From Candidatus Sulfotelmatobacter sp. (GTDB taxonomy: Bacteria; Pseudomonadota; Alphaproteobacteria; Elsterales; Elsteraceae), in the NCBI GenBank assembly GCA_035507915.1, contig DATJNS010000500.1, positions 657 to 24,656 on the forward strand: 24,000 bases of DNA, written 5' to 3'. Each line of letters begins with the position of its first letter. Within the stretch, counting starts at the first letter, position 1. The position numbers and the translations under genes were made by a program. Of the stretch, positions 1 through 8,634 are shown one piece after another. The notes beneath the pieces are model-generated. The model was not told the DNA's origin and ran no database searches. It saw nothing but the letters and a program-made list of their open reading frames with translations.

Positions 1-1
1 T

Positions 2-1087
2 CCGCGCACCGGCGACGCCTGGTGCATCTACCCGACCTACGACTTCGCGCACGGCCAGTCGGATGCGATCGAGGGCGTCACCCACTCGATCTGCACGCTC
101 GAGTTCGAGGATCATCGGCCGCTCTACGATTGGCTGATCGAGAACCTGCCGACGCCGTCGCGGCCGCGCCAGTACGAGTTCGCCCGGCTCAACCTCGGCT
201 ACACCGTGCTGTCGAAACGCGTGCTCACCACCCTGGTGCGCGACGGTCACGTCGCGGGCTGGGACGATCCCCGCATGCCGACTCTGGCCGGCCTCAGGCG
301 GCGCGGCGTGCCGCCGGCGGCGCTGCGCGACTTCGTGCGCCGGGTCGGCGTGGCGCGCGCCTATTCGATCGTCGACTACGCGATGTTCGACGCCGCGGTG
401 CGCGAGCACCTGAACAAGACCGCGCCGCGGCGCATGGCCGTGCTGCGGCCGCTCAAGCTCGTGATCGAGAACTATCCCGAGGGCGCGGTCGAGGAGCTCG
501 ACGCGGTCAACAATCCCGAGGATCCCGCCGCCGGCAGCCGCCGCATTCCGTTCCGGCGCGAGCTCTACGTCGAGCGCGACGACTTCATGGAGAACCCGCC
601 GAAGAAGTTCTTCCGGCTCGCGCCCGGCCGCGAGGTGCGGCTGCGCTACGCCTATTTCGTGACCTGCCGCGAGGCCGTGAAGGACGCCGCCGGCGAGGTC
701 GTCGAGCTGCGCTGCACCTACGACCCGGCGACGCGCGGCGGCAACGCGCCCGACGGGCGCAAGGTCCAGGCGACCTTGCACTGGGTCACCGTCGCCGACT
801 CGCTGCCCGCCGAGGTGCGGCTCTACAACCAGCTGTTCACGCGCCCCGATCCGGGCGCGGGCGGCGGCGACGTGATGACCGATCTCAATCCCGACTCGCT
901 CGAGCGCCTCGCCGCGGTCCGCGTCGAGCCGGCGCTGGCCGGCGCGCCGGCGGGCGAGGCCGTGCAGTTCGAGCGTCAGGGCTACTTCTGTCCCGATCCC
1001 GACGGCGCGCCCGGCCGCCTGGTATTCAACCGCACGGTCGGCCTGCGCGACACCTGGGCCAAGGTCCAGGCTGCCGCCGCGCGCTGA
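2..1087 (+). CDS. glnS: glutamine--tRNA ligase (GlnRS), 3' portion; the N-terminus lies upstream of the window
   Basis: Frame 2 is open from base 2; the tracked ORF 206..1087 simply begins at an internal GTG. The translation reads ...[43 protein letters not shown]... and then ...[42 protein letters not shown]... I recognise both as class I GlnRS core and anticodon-binding sequence. Stop TGA at 1085-1087. Confidence 0.9.
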   Translation, partial: PRTGDAWCIYPTYDFAHGQSDAIEGVTHSICTLEFEDHRPLYDWLIENLPTPSRPRQYEFARLNLGYTVLSKRVLTTLVRDGHVAGWDDPRMPTLAGLRRRGVPPAALRDFVRRVGVARAYSIVDYAMFDAAVREHLNKTAPRRMAVLRPLKLVIENYPEGAVEELDAVNNPEDPAAGSRRIPFRRELYVERDDFMENPPKKFFRLAPGREVRLRYAYFVTCREAVKDAAGEVVELRCTYDPATRGGNAPDGRKVQATLHWVTVADSLPAEVRLYNQLFTRPDPGAGGGDVMTDLNPDSLERLAAVRVEPALAGAPAGEAVQFERQGYFCPDPDGAPGRLVFNRTVGLRDTWAKVQAAAAR

Positions 1088-1123
1088 GGTTCCTTCGCCG
1101 CGCTCACAGCCGCCACGCCAACG

Positions 1124-1166
1124 CTGCTCGCGCGGCTGGGTTGGGGGGTGGCAGACGCGCGAGCAG
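1124..1166. terminator. inverted repeat between convergent glnS and the NUDIX gene (possible terminator)
   Basis: CTGCTCGCGCG (1124-1134) and CGCGCGAGCAG (1156-1166) are perfect 11-bp complements separated by 21 nt, followed by AAAAA. The large loop and the lack of a 3' T-run make the terminator call weak. Confidence 0.25.
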
Positions 1167-1239
1167 AAAAAGGCGTGGATCCTCGGCACGAGGCCGCGGA
1201 TGACGGGTTGGGTCGGTGGCGACGCTTCTCCGGTCGCCG

Positions 1240-1716
1240 CTACCGCGCCGCCGTGATGCGGTGGCGGTTGAGGTAGAGGTAGAGCCCGAACTGGTCGTAG
1301 CCGATCACGTTCGGCAGCGCGAGCACCGCGTCGCCGTCGATCAGGCGCATGTCGCAGCCTTCGCCGAGCGTCATGCCGGCGACCTCGGCGGCGTCGATCT
1401 TGACCTCGTAGAAGCTCCGCATGCACGACCCGGCGCCGGCGAAGCCGAAATCGAAGCTGAAGCGGGTGAAGAAGGTGGCCGTCCCGAGCGTGTAGTCGAT
1501 CTCCTCCTTGAGCTCGCGGCGCAGCGCGTCGAGCTCGCTCTCGCCGGGCTCGATGCCGCCGCCGAACAGCGCCCACGCGCCCGGATACCAGATGTGCGGG
1601 ATCGGATCGCGATGCTGCATCAGGAAGCGGTGGTCGGGCGTGACGATGATGGCGGCGACGGCGTCCGACGGGACGAGGGGGGCGGCAGACGCGGCGGGCG
1701 AAGGCGGGGTGCTCAT
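1240..1716 (-). CDS. NUDIX hydrolase
   Basis: 158-aa ORF containing a Nudix box, GGGIEPGESELDALRRELKEEIDY, which fits GX5EX7REUXEEXGU. The antisense ORFs over this region are Arg/Ala-rich junk. Confidence 0.85.
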   Translation of the reverse strand: MSTPPSPAASAAPLVPSDAVAAIIVTPDHRFLMQHRDPIPHIWYPGAWALFGGGIEPGESELDALRRELKEEIDYTLGTATFFTRFSFDFGFAGAGSCMRSFYEVKIDAAEVAGMTLGEGCDMRLIDGDAVLALPNVIGYDQFGLYLYLNRHRITAAR

Positions 1717-1846
1717 CGCGCCACGCTAGCACATCGCGCGCATCCCATGCGCCGCCCACCTGCGGGTCGCCGCGCGTGCTTGACGTCGCCTGGACCGGCC
1801 CGCCAAGCTGATCGGTGAGAAGAGTCGATAGCGGGGGAAACCAAGG

Positions 1847-3016
1847 ATGCGCAAGATCACACGGATACTCGGCGCGGCACTGCTGCTCGGCGCCCTCACC
1901 GGCGGCGCGGCATTCGCCCAGGACGAGATCAAGATCGGCGGCATCGGGCCGCTGTCGGGCGGCGGAACCGCGTGGGGATTGGCCGCCCAGCGCGGCATTC
2001 AGCTTGCGATGGACGATCTCAACGCGAAGGGCGGCATCACGGTCGCGGGAAAGAGCTACCAGTACACGCTGGTCATGTACGACGACCAGTACACCGGCCA
2101 GGGCGGCAAGTCGGCGGCCGAGCGTCTGGTCAACCAGGACAAAGTCAGCTTCATCATCGGGCCGGTCGGCTCGCCGCCGGCGCTCGGCACGATCAGCGTC
2201 ACCAATCCCGCGAAGGTGCTGGCGCTGACCGACGGCTACGCGCCGCAGATCCTCAAGAACGATACGCCCGATCCGTACAACTACCGCATCTACAACACCA
2301 ACCTCGAGTTCGGCCCGCCGATCATCTCGTACATCAAGGCGCACTATCCCGAGATCAAGAAGATCGGCATCCTGGCGCCCAACGACGCGGTCGGCCAAGC
2401 GGTCGCGCCGGCGCTCGCCAACGACTACCGCAAGCAGGGCTTCGAGGTGGTGCTCGACCTGTTCGAGCGCGGCACCCAGGAGTTCACGCCCGGGATCCTG
2501 CGCATGATGGCGCAGAAGGTCGACGCCTTCGAGTTCGACGGCAACAGCCCCGGCGATTGCGGCCTGATGACGAAGCAGATCCGGCAGGCCGGCTTCAAGG
2601 GCCACGTCATGCAGGTCGGCGGCCCCTCGATCGACGAGATCATGGAGATCGCCGGCCCGTACGCCGAGGGCTTCCTGTCCTACGACCTCTACAACTGGGA
2701 GACGCCGTTCGGCCAGCAGCTGAAGGCCAAGTACGTGGCGAAGTACGGCAAGGGCATCATCAACGCCTTCGTGCCGTACTTCTATCACGCGGTGCTGCTG
2801 CTCAACGAGTCGATCCACCGCGCCAACTCGCTCGACACCGCGAAGGTGCGCGCCGCGCTCGACACCACCGGCGGCTACGACGCCGGCGTCTTCGAGGCGC
2901 CGATCAAGTGGGGCGGCAAGGAGCTCTACGGCGTCAACCACCAGATGCTAAACCTGTACTATTTCTCCGAGGTCAAGGGCGGCAAGATCGTCAAGCTCGA
3001 GAAGTTCACGCCGTAG
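1847..3016 (+). CDS. ABC transporter periplasmic substrate-binding protein, Liv/HAAT type (type I PBP, branched-chain amino acid-like)
   Basis: N-terminal signal peptide MRKITRILGAALLLGALTGGAAFAQ, followed by DEIKIGGIGPLSGGGTAWGLAAQRGIQLAMDDLNAKGGI..., typical of LivK/LivJ-like binding proteins. It is the first gene of a five-gene transporter operon. Confidence 0.9.
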   Translation: MRKITRILGAALLLGALTGGAAFAQDEIKIGGIGPLSGGGTAWGLAAQRGIQLAMDDLNAKGGITVAGKSYQYTLVMYDDQYTGQGGKSAAERLVNQDKVSFIIGPVGSPPALGTISVTNPAKVLALTDGYAPQILKNDTPDPYNYRIYNTNLEFGPPIISYIKAHYPEIKKIGILAPNDAVGQAVAPALANDYRKQGFEVVLDLFERGTQEFTPGILRMMAQKVDAFEFDGNSPGDCGLMTKQIRQAGFKGHVMQVGGPSIDEIMEIAGPYAEGFLSYDLYNWETPFGQQLKAKYVAKYGKGIINAFVPYFYHAVLLLNESIHRANSLDTAKVRAALDTTGGYDAGVFEAPIKWGGKELYGVNHQMLNLYYFSEVKGGKIVKLEKFTP

Positions 3017-3026
3017 CCAGACGGAG

Positions 3027-3093
3027 GACGGACGACAGGGGACGGATGAGGGAGACGAAGCTGCGTTCCGTCCTCAGTCGCCCGTCGTCCGTC
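3027..3093 (+). promoter_or_regulatory. intercistronic extended stem-loop between the SBP gene and the permease genes
   Basis: GACGGACGACAGGGGAC (3027-3043) pairs with GTCGCCCGTCGTCCGTC (3077-3093) with two mismatches. An inner pair is GGACGGA (3040-3046) with TCCGTCC (3067-3073). It lies in the 82-nt gap between stop 3016 and start 3099. Confidence 0.4.
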
Positions 3094-3098
3094 GCCTG

Positions 3099-3968
3099 AT
3101 GTTCAGCCCCACCATCCTCGGGCAGGTCGTGGTCAACGGCGTGAGCCTGAGCGCGATCTACATCCTGGTCGCGCTCGGCTTCACGCTGCTGTTCGGCATC
3201 ATGCGCGTCGTCAATTTCGCGCACGGCGAGTTCGCCATGCTGGGGGCGTTCGCGCTCTACTACCTCATGACCACGCTGCACCTGCCGTGGCTGATTGCGC
3301 TGCCGATCGCCGTGGTCGGCGTCGCGGCGGCCTCGATGGTGCTCGAATGGGCGGTGTTTCGCTGGTTCTACCAGCGCATGTTCGAGAGCATGATCGGCCT
3401 GCTCGGCCTCAGCATGATGCTGATGTTCGGCGGCGTGCTGATCTGGGACGTCTACGACCGCAACATCCCGGCGGCGTTCACCTCGGTCCTGGTGTGGGGC
3501 GACATCATCCTGCCGGTCGACCGGCTGGTCGTGCTCGTGATCGCGGTCGCGGCGCTGGTCGGCTTCTACCTGTTCATCCGCTTCACGCGCGCCGGCCTTG
3601 CCATGCGCGCCGCCGCCCAGGACGTCGAGATCGCCGAGACCCAGGGCGTCGACACGCGGCGCACCTACAAGGTCGCATTCTTCGTCGCGATCCTGCTCGC
3701 GGCGCTCGCCGGCGCGCTGTGGGGCCAGATCTACTCGGTGTCGCCGTTCCTCGGCCAACGCCCCCTCATGATGGCGTTCATCGTCGTGATCCTGGGCGGC
3801 ATGGGCTCGATCCCGGGCGCGGCGCTCGGCGGCACGCTGCTCGGCTTCACGGAGAGCTTCGTCGGAACCTTCTACGGCACGGCGGCGTCGGCGTTCCTGT
3901 CGTTCGGCATCGTGGTCCTGCTCCTGATCGTGCGGCCGTGGGGCATCCTCGGCACGCCGGAGGCCTGA
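3099..3968 (+). CDS. branched-chain amino acid-type ABC transporter permease (LivH-type)
   Basis: 289-aa polytopic membrane protein. The N-terminus ...VVNGVSLSAIYILVALGFTLLFGIMRVVNFAHGEFAMLGAF... matches the LivH signature region (NFAHGE). Confidence 0.9.
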   Translation: MFSPTILGQVVVNGVSLSAIYILVALGFTLLFGIMRVVNFAHGEFAMLGAFALYYLMTTLHLPWLIALPIAVVGVAAASMVLEWAVFRWFYQRMFESMIGLLGLSMMLMFGGVLIWDVYDRNIPAAFTSVLVWGDIILPVDRLVVLVIAVAALVGFYLFIRFTRAGLAMRAAAQDVEIAETQGVDTRRTYKVAFFVAILLAALAGALWGQIYSVSPFLGQRPLMMAFIVVILGGMGSIPGAALGGTLLGFTESFVGTFYGTAASAFLSFGIVVLLLIVRPWGILGTPEA

Positions 3969-3969
3969 G

Positions 3970-4923
3970 GTGACGCGCCGCCCGATCGTCTGGCTGGTCG
4001 TCGCCGTGGCGCTGGTCGGCTGGCCGTGGCTCACGGACGACAAGTTCCTGCACCATGTCGGCGTGCTCTTGTGCATCACGGCGATCGCGGCGTCCTCGTT
4101 GCACCTGATCGTCCGTACCGGCCATGTCAGCCTGGCGCACGCGGCGTTCATGGGCGTCGGCGCCTACGGCTCGGTGTTGAGCGTGATGAATTTCGGCTTG
4201 CCCTGGATCGCCGGCCTCGTGATCGGCACGGGAGCCGCGACCGCGCTCGCGCTCGTCGTCGGACCGATCGTGCTGCGGCTGACCGGCAAGTACTTCGTGC
4301 TGATCACCTTCCTGTTCGGCGAGATGGTCCGCATGGCGATCGTCGACCAGGCCGGGTTCACCGGCGGCTCGAACGGCATCTTCAACGTGCCGCCGCCGGC
4401 CGATTTCCTGCTGTCGACCCGCGCCTACTACTACTTCGCGCTGGCGTTCGCGGTGTGCGGCGTCGGCCTGTGCGCCCGCATCCTGAGCTCGGAGTTCGGC
4501 CGCGCGATCAACGCCATCCGCGAGGGCGAGCGGCTCGCCGAATGCTCGGGCGTGCCGGTGATCCGCATCAAGGTCACGGTCTTCGTGATCGCCTGCGCGA
4601 TGGCCGGGGTCGCGGGCGTGCTGCAGGCGCATTACATCCGCTATGTCGGGCCCGAGGGCTTTTCGATCGTGCAGTCGCTCAACCTCGTCGTCATGAACGT
4701 GATCGGCGGCATGGCGAGCCTCGCGGGTGCCCTGATCGGCACCGCCTTCATGGTCACGCTGCCCGAGCTGCTGCGCGGCTACGTCAACGTCCAGCAGATC
4801 ATGTTCGGCGCGATCCTGTTCGCCACCATGGCGTTCCTGCCGGGCGGCCTGATCGAGCTCGGCCGGCGCCTGGGCGCGCTGGTGCGCGGGCGGCGCGCCG
4901 CCGCGTCGCGGGTCGCGACGTGA
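3970..4923 (+). CDS. branched-chain amino acid-type ABC transporter permease (LivM-type)
   Basis: 317-aa hydrophobic protein with ...LIVRTGHVSLAHAAFMGVGAYG..., the LivM-like SLGHAAF motif region. GTG start lies 1 nt after the livH-type stop. Its stop overlaps the next start (GTGA at 4920-4923). Confidence 0.88.
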   Translation: MTRRPIVWLVVAVALVGWPWLTDDKFLHHVGVLLCITAIAASSLHLIVRTGHVSLAHAAFMGVGAYGSVLSVMNFGLPWIAGLVIGTGAATALALVVGPIVLRLTGKYFVLITFLFGEMVRMAIVDQAGFTGGSNGIFNVPPPADFLLSTRAYYYFALAFAVCGVGLCARILSSEFGRAINAIREGERLAECSGVPVIRIKVTVFVIACAMAGVAGVLQAHYIRYVGPEGFSIVQSLNLVVMNVIGGMASLAGALIGTAFMVTLPELLRGYVNVQQIMFGAILFATMAFLPGGLIELGRRLGALVRGRRAAASRVAT

Positions 4924-5679
4924 GCCGGCTGCTCGCGGTCGAAAGCCTGTCCCGGCGCTTCGGCGGCCTGCAGGCGGTCGCCGACATCAGCTTCGAGGTC
5001 GCCGAGGGCGAGATCCTCGGCTTGATCGGACCGAACGGCGCCGGCAAGACGACCGCCGTCAACCTGATCTCGGGCGTCCTCAAGCCGAGCGGCGGCCGCG
5101 TGCGCCTCGCCGAGCGCGACGTCACCGGATTGCCGCCCCACGTGCTGGTCGCGCGCGGGCTGGTGCGCACCTTCCAGGCGACCACCGTCTATGCCGGGCA
5201 GACCGTGCGCGAGAACCTGCTGCGCGGCGCCTTCCGTCATCTCTATCCCGGGCTGGTCGCGAGCCTGCTCGGCACCGGGGCGGCGCGCGTGCGCCGGCTC
5301 GAGGCCGACGCGCATGTCGACGAGGTGCTGCGCTGGCTCGATCTCGAGCGCGTCCAGCACCAGGTGGCGAGCGCGCTGCCCTACGGCTTCCAGAAGGTGC
5401 TCGGCATGGCGATCGCGCTGGCCGCGGAGCCGCGCCTCATCATGCTCGACGAGCCCGCCGCCGGCCTGTCGGCCGCCGAGACCGACCACGTGCGCGACAC
5501 CATCCGTCTGGTGCGCGGGCGCGGCATCTCGGTCGTCGCGATCGACCACAACATGCGCTTCATCTCCGACCTGTGCGACCGCGTGTTCGTGATGGCGCAG
5601 GGTCGCGAGCTCGCGCAGGGCACGCCCCAGCAGGTGCTGCGCAACGCAACGGTCATCGAGGCTTATCTCGGCAAGTCCT

Positions 5680-5699
<20 letters not shown>
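4920..5699 (+). CDS. ABC transporter ATP-binding protein (LivG-type)
   Basis: In tracked ORF 4026..5699 only the part starting at GTG 4920 looks like a real protein: VSRLLAVESLSRRFGGLQAV.... It has Walker A GPNGAGKTT, a signature-like LPYGFQKVLGMAIAL, and Walker B LIMLDEPAAGL. The upstream 298 codons are an off-frame read through the LivM-type gene. Confidence 0.9.
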
Positions 5700-6390
<691 letters not shown>

Positions 6391-6420
6391 CCCGCAACGG
6401 TGGCGTCGAATGGTTGTCGT

Positions 6421-6456
6421 GATGCCATTTTCATGGCATCATAAATGCCATGAAAA
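6421..6456. promoter_or_regulatory. putative vapBC operator: three ATGCCAT half-sites
   Basis: GATGCCAT-TTTC-ATGGCATC (6421-6440) is a perfect palindrome with 8-bp arms. A third copy, ATGCCATGAAAA (6445-6456), is the reverse complement of TTTTCATGGCAT (6428-6439) and overlaps the vapB ATG at 6450. Local G+C is 52% (31/60 in 6421-6480). Confidence 0.55.
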
Positions 6457-6695
6457 CAGCCATTGACGCGGCGGGTCGCCTGGTCGTTCCCAAAGCGTTG
6501 CGGCAAGCGCTCGGTCTGAAGCCCGGTCAGCCCCTCGAGATCACAGCTGGCGACGGACGGCTGGAGATCGAGATTGCCGCGACGCCGATGCGCCTCAAGA
6601 AGCGCGGCAAGGGCGTGATCGCGGTTCCCGATCGCAAGCTGCCCCGCCTCACGGCCGATGACGTGCGCGACACCCTGGAACGCGTTCGCCGGTGA
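6450..6695 (+). CDS. vapB: AbrB/MazE/SpoVT-family antitoxin (VapB-type)
   Basis: 81-aa protein. MKTAIDAAGRLVVPKALRQALGLKPGQPLEI... is a typical SpoVT/AbrB swapped-hairpin DNA-binding N-terminus. Its stop overlaps the start of the downstream PIN gene (GTGA at 6692-6695). Confidence 0.8.
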   Translation: MKTAIDAAGRLVVPKALRQALGLKPGQPLEITAGDGRLEIEIAATPMRLKKRGKGVIAVPDRKLPRLTADDVRDTLERVRR

Positions 6696-7096
6696 CGACG
6701 GCGGTCGACACCAGTCTCGTCGTCGCCGCCTTCGCGTCCTGGCACGAGCGACATGAGGTCGCCCGTCGGGTGTTGGATGGCGGCGTACGTCTCGTCGAAC
6801 ATTGCGCGCTGGAGACGTATTCGGTGCTGACGCGCTTGCCGCCGCCGCATCGGGTTCCCGGTGGCCTGGTTCGGGCGTTCCTTGACGTTCGTTTCCCCCA
6901 ACCGTTTCTACGGTTGAGCGCACGGGCTTACCGGACTTTCGTGTCGACGCTGGCCGAGCGAGGGGTCAGCGGCGGCGCCGCGTACGATGCCTTGGTCGCT
7001 GCGACGGTGGCAAACCACAGAGCCGACCTCGTCAGCTGCGATCGACGTGCCGCCGGGATCTACGAACGGTACGGCGTCAAGGCTCGGCTTCTGTAG
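6692..7096 (+). CDS. vapC: PIN-domain ribonuclease toxin (VapC-type)
   Basis: 134 aa with the PIN acidic pattern: D6 (AVDTS), E in HCALETYSVLTR, D in AAYDALVAA, and D in VSCDRR. Translationally coupled to the antitoxin gene. Confidence 0.8.
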   Translation: MTTAVDTSLVVAAFASWHERHEVARRVLDGGVRLVEHCALETYSVLTRLPPPHRVPGGLVRAFLDVRFPQPFLRLSARAYRTFVSTLAERGVSGGAAYDALVAATVANHRADLVSCDRRAAGIYERYGVKARLL

Positions 7097-7132
7097 GATC
7101 GGCCCTCGCTACCCACGCCGGTCCAGCGACAC

Positions 7133-7173
7133 GAGCAGGCTCTGCTCATGTCACGCCCGGTATGCGATACCGG
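7133..7173. repeat. two short palindromes downstream of vapC
   Basis: GAGCAG-GCT-CTGCTC (7133-7147) and CCGGTAT-GCG-ATACCGG (7157-7173). The role is unknown; they could be a vapBC terminator or a binding site. Confidence 0.3.
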
Positions 7174-7282
7174 TCGGCATGACGGAGGATCTTCAGACCA
7201 TGGCCCGATCGGGCGGATGGACGGCGGACGCGTGGTGCGGACCACGGGAGAGGGCCTGCATTCCGCCTGCTGGAACAGGGCA

Positions 7283-7302
7283 TGTCGCGCTGGCGCGACG
7301 CC
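7283..7302. promoter_or_regulatory. conserved 20-bp box, copy 1, containing the perfect palindrome GTCGCGC-TG-GCGCGAC
   Basis: TGTCGCGCTGGCGCGACGCC lies 63 nt upstream of the first CoA-transferase ATG. It is 18/20 identical to the box at 8591-8610. The flanking sequence is not similar. Confidence 0.4.
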
Positions 7303-7365
7303 GCTTCTTGGTCGTGCCGGATCGGCGGTGCTAGGCTGGTCGGCGACCCATCGGGAGGAACGCGC

Positions 7366-8562
7366 ATGAGCCGGGCCCTAGACGGCATCCGCATCATCGA
7401 CATGACGCACAACCAGGCGGGCCCCGCCTGCGCCCAGATCCTGGGCTTTCTGGGCGCCGACGTGATCAAGCTCGAGGAGCCCAAGGGCGGCGACGTCGCA
7501 CGCACCAACCTGCGCGACAAGGCCAACAGCGACAGCCTGTTCTTTCTGTTCTTCAATGCCAACAAGCGCAGCCTGACCCTCAACCTCAAGACCGACGACG
7601 GCAAGGCGCTGTTCAAGAAGGTGATCGAACAGTCCGACGTGCTGCTGGAGAATTTCGGGCCGGGCGCGCTCGACCGGCTCGGCCTCGGCTACGACACGCT
7701 GTCGAAGCTCAACCCGCGACTGATCTACGCGACCATCAAGGGCTTCGGGACGTATGGGCCGTACAGTGGATTCAAGAGCTTCGAGCCGATCGCCCAGGCG
7801 ATGGGCGGCGCGATGGGCGTCACCGGCTTTCCCGACAATCCGCCGACTTACGTCTTCCCGGCGATCGGCGACAGCGGCACCGGCATGCACATGGCGATCG
7901 GCATCCTGGCCGCGCTCGAGCAGCGCCACCAGACCGGGCGCGGCCAGCATGTCGAGGTGTCGATGCAGGACGCCGTCGTCAACCTCGTGCGCGTCAGCCT
8001 GCGCGACCACCAGCGCTACGGCCATCCGCCGCCGCGCGTCGGCAACCAGCTCGGCCGCACCGTGCCGGGCACGACCTATCCGTGCGCGCCCGGCGGTCCC
8101 AACGATTACGTCTACATCTTCTCGCAGCCGCAGATGTGGCCCGCGGTCGTCAAGACCCTGGGCGAGCCCGCGCTCGCCGACGATCCGCGTTTCAAGACGC
8201 CGGAGCTGCGCTGGGAGAACCGCGCCGCGCTCGACGGCATCGTCGCGGCCTGGACGCGCCAGCGCAGCAAGCACGAGGTGCTGCGCCTGATGGGCGAAGC
8301 CGGCGTGCCGTGCGGCGCCTGTCTCGATACCGGCGAGGTGCTCAACGATCCGCATCTCAAGGCGCGCGACATGATCGTCGACGTCGACTACCCGACGCGT
8401 GGCACCTATCAGACCGTCGGTTGCCCGATCAAGCTGTCGGACTCGCCCGCCGAGGTGACGCGCCCGCCGATGCTCGGCGAGCACACCGACGCGCTGCTCG
8501 AGAATTTGTGCGGCGTCGGTCCGGACGAGCTCAAGCGCCTGCACGATACCGGCGTCGTCTAG
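7366..8562 (+). CDS. family III (CaiB/BaiF) CoA-transferase, formyl-CoA-transferase (Frc)-like paralog 1
   Basis: From ATG 7366 (SD GGGAGGA at 7353-7359): MSRALDGIRIIDMTHNQAGPACAQILGFLGADVIKLE...ENFGPGALDRLGLGY...AIGDSGTGMH...GEHTDALL...LHDTGVV. It is collinear by eye with Oxalobacter Frc as I remember it, including the catalytic Asp context (GDSxxGMH). The 28-codon upstream extension of tracked ORF 7282 has no family counterpart. Confidence 0.88.
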   Translation: MSRALDGIRIIDMTHNQAGPACAQILGFLGADVIKLEEPKGGDVARTNLRDKANSDSLFFLFFNANKRSLTLNLKTDDGKALFKKVIEQSDVLLENFGPGALDRLGLGYDTLSKLNPRLIYATIKGFGTYGPYSGFKSFEPIAQAMGGAMGVTGFPDNPPTYVFPAIGDSGTGMHMAIGILAALEQRHQTGRGQHVEVSMQDAVVNLVRVSLRDHQRYGHPPPRVGNQLGRTVPGTTYPCAPGGPNDYVYIFSQPQMWPAVVKTLGEPALADDPRFKTPELRWENRAALDGIVAAWTRQRSKHEVLRLMGEAGVPCGACLDTGEVLNDPHLKARDMIVDVDYPTRGTYQTVGCPIKLSDSPAEVTRPPMLGEHTDALLENLCGVGPDELKRLHDTGVV

Positions 8563-8590
8563 CTTTCCAGTTGGAGGCGGTCGCCCGGCG

Positions 8591-8610
8591 TGTCACGCTG
8601 GCGCGCCGCC
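8591..8610. promoter_or_regulatory. conserved 20-bp box, copy 2 (degenerate palindrome)
   Basis: TGTCACGCTGGCGCGCCGCC lies 24 nt upstream of the second CoA-transferase ATG, in the 72-nt gap between the paralogs. Confidence 0.35.
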
Positions 8611-8634
8611 AAAATATCAGGGGGAGACGCGAGA

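Noticed and set aside
1717-1846. Possible sigma70-type promoter (TTGACG at ~1780) upstream of the ABC operon.
   Set aside because: No acceptable -10 hexamer lies at 16-18 bp spacing, so I could not support a promoter call from sequence alone.
4026-4919. A 298-codon N-terminal extension of the LivG-type ORF (tracked as 4026..5699).
   Set aside because: The extension is an off-frame read of the LivM-type permease gene and is Arg/Pro-rich junk. ATPase-like sequence starts only at GTG 4920, which overlaps the permease stop (GTGA), a typical coupling.
7097-7365. Small ORFs in the vapC to CoA-transferase gap (6987..7334, 7060..7245(-), 7148..7369) and the 28-codon MSRWR... leader of ORF 7282.
   Set aside because: No family resemblance, poor start contexts, and atypical composition. 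The CoA-transferase homology begins at the SD-preceded ATG at 7366. The MSRWR similarity between ORFs 7282 and 8590 is better explained as a conserved DNA box.
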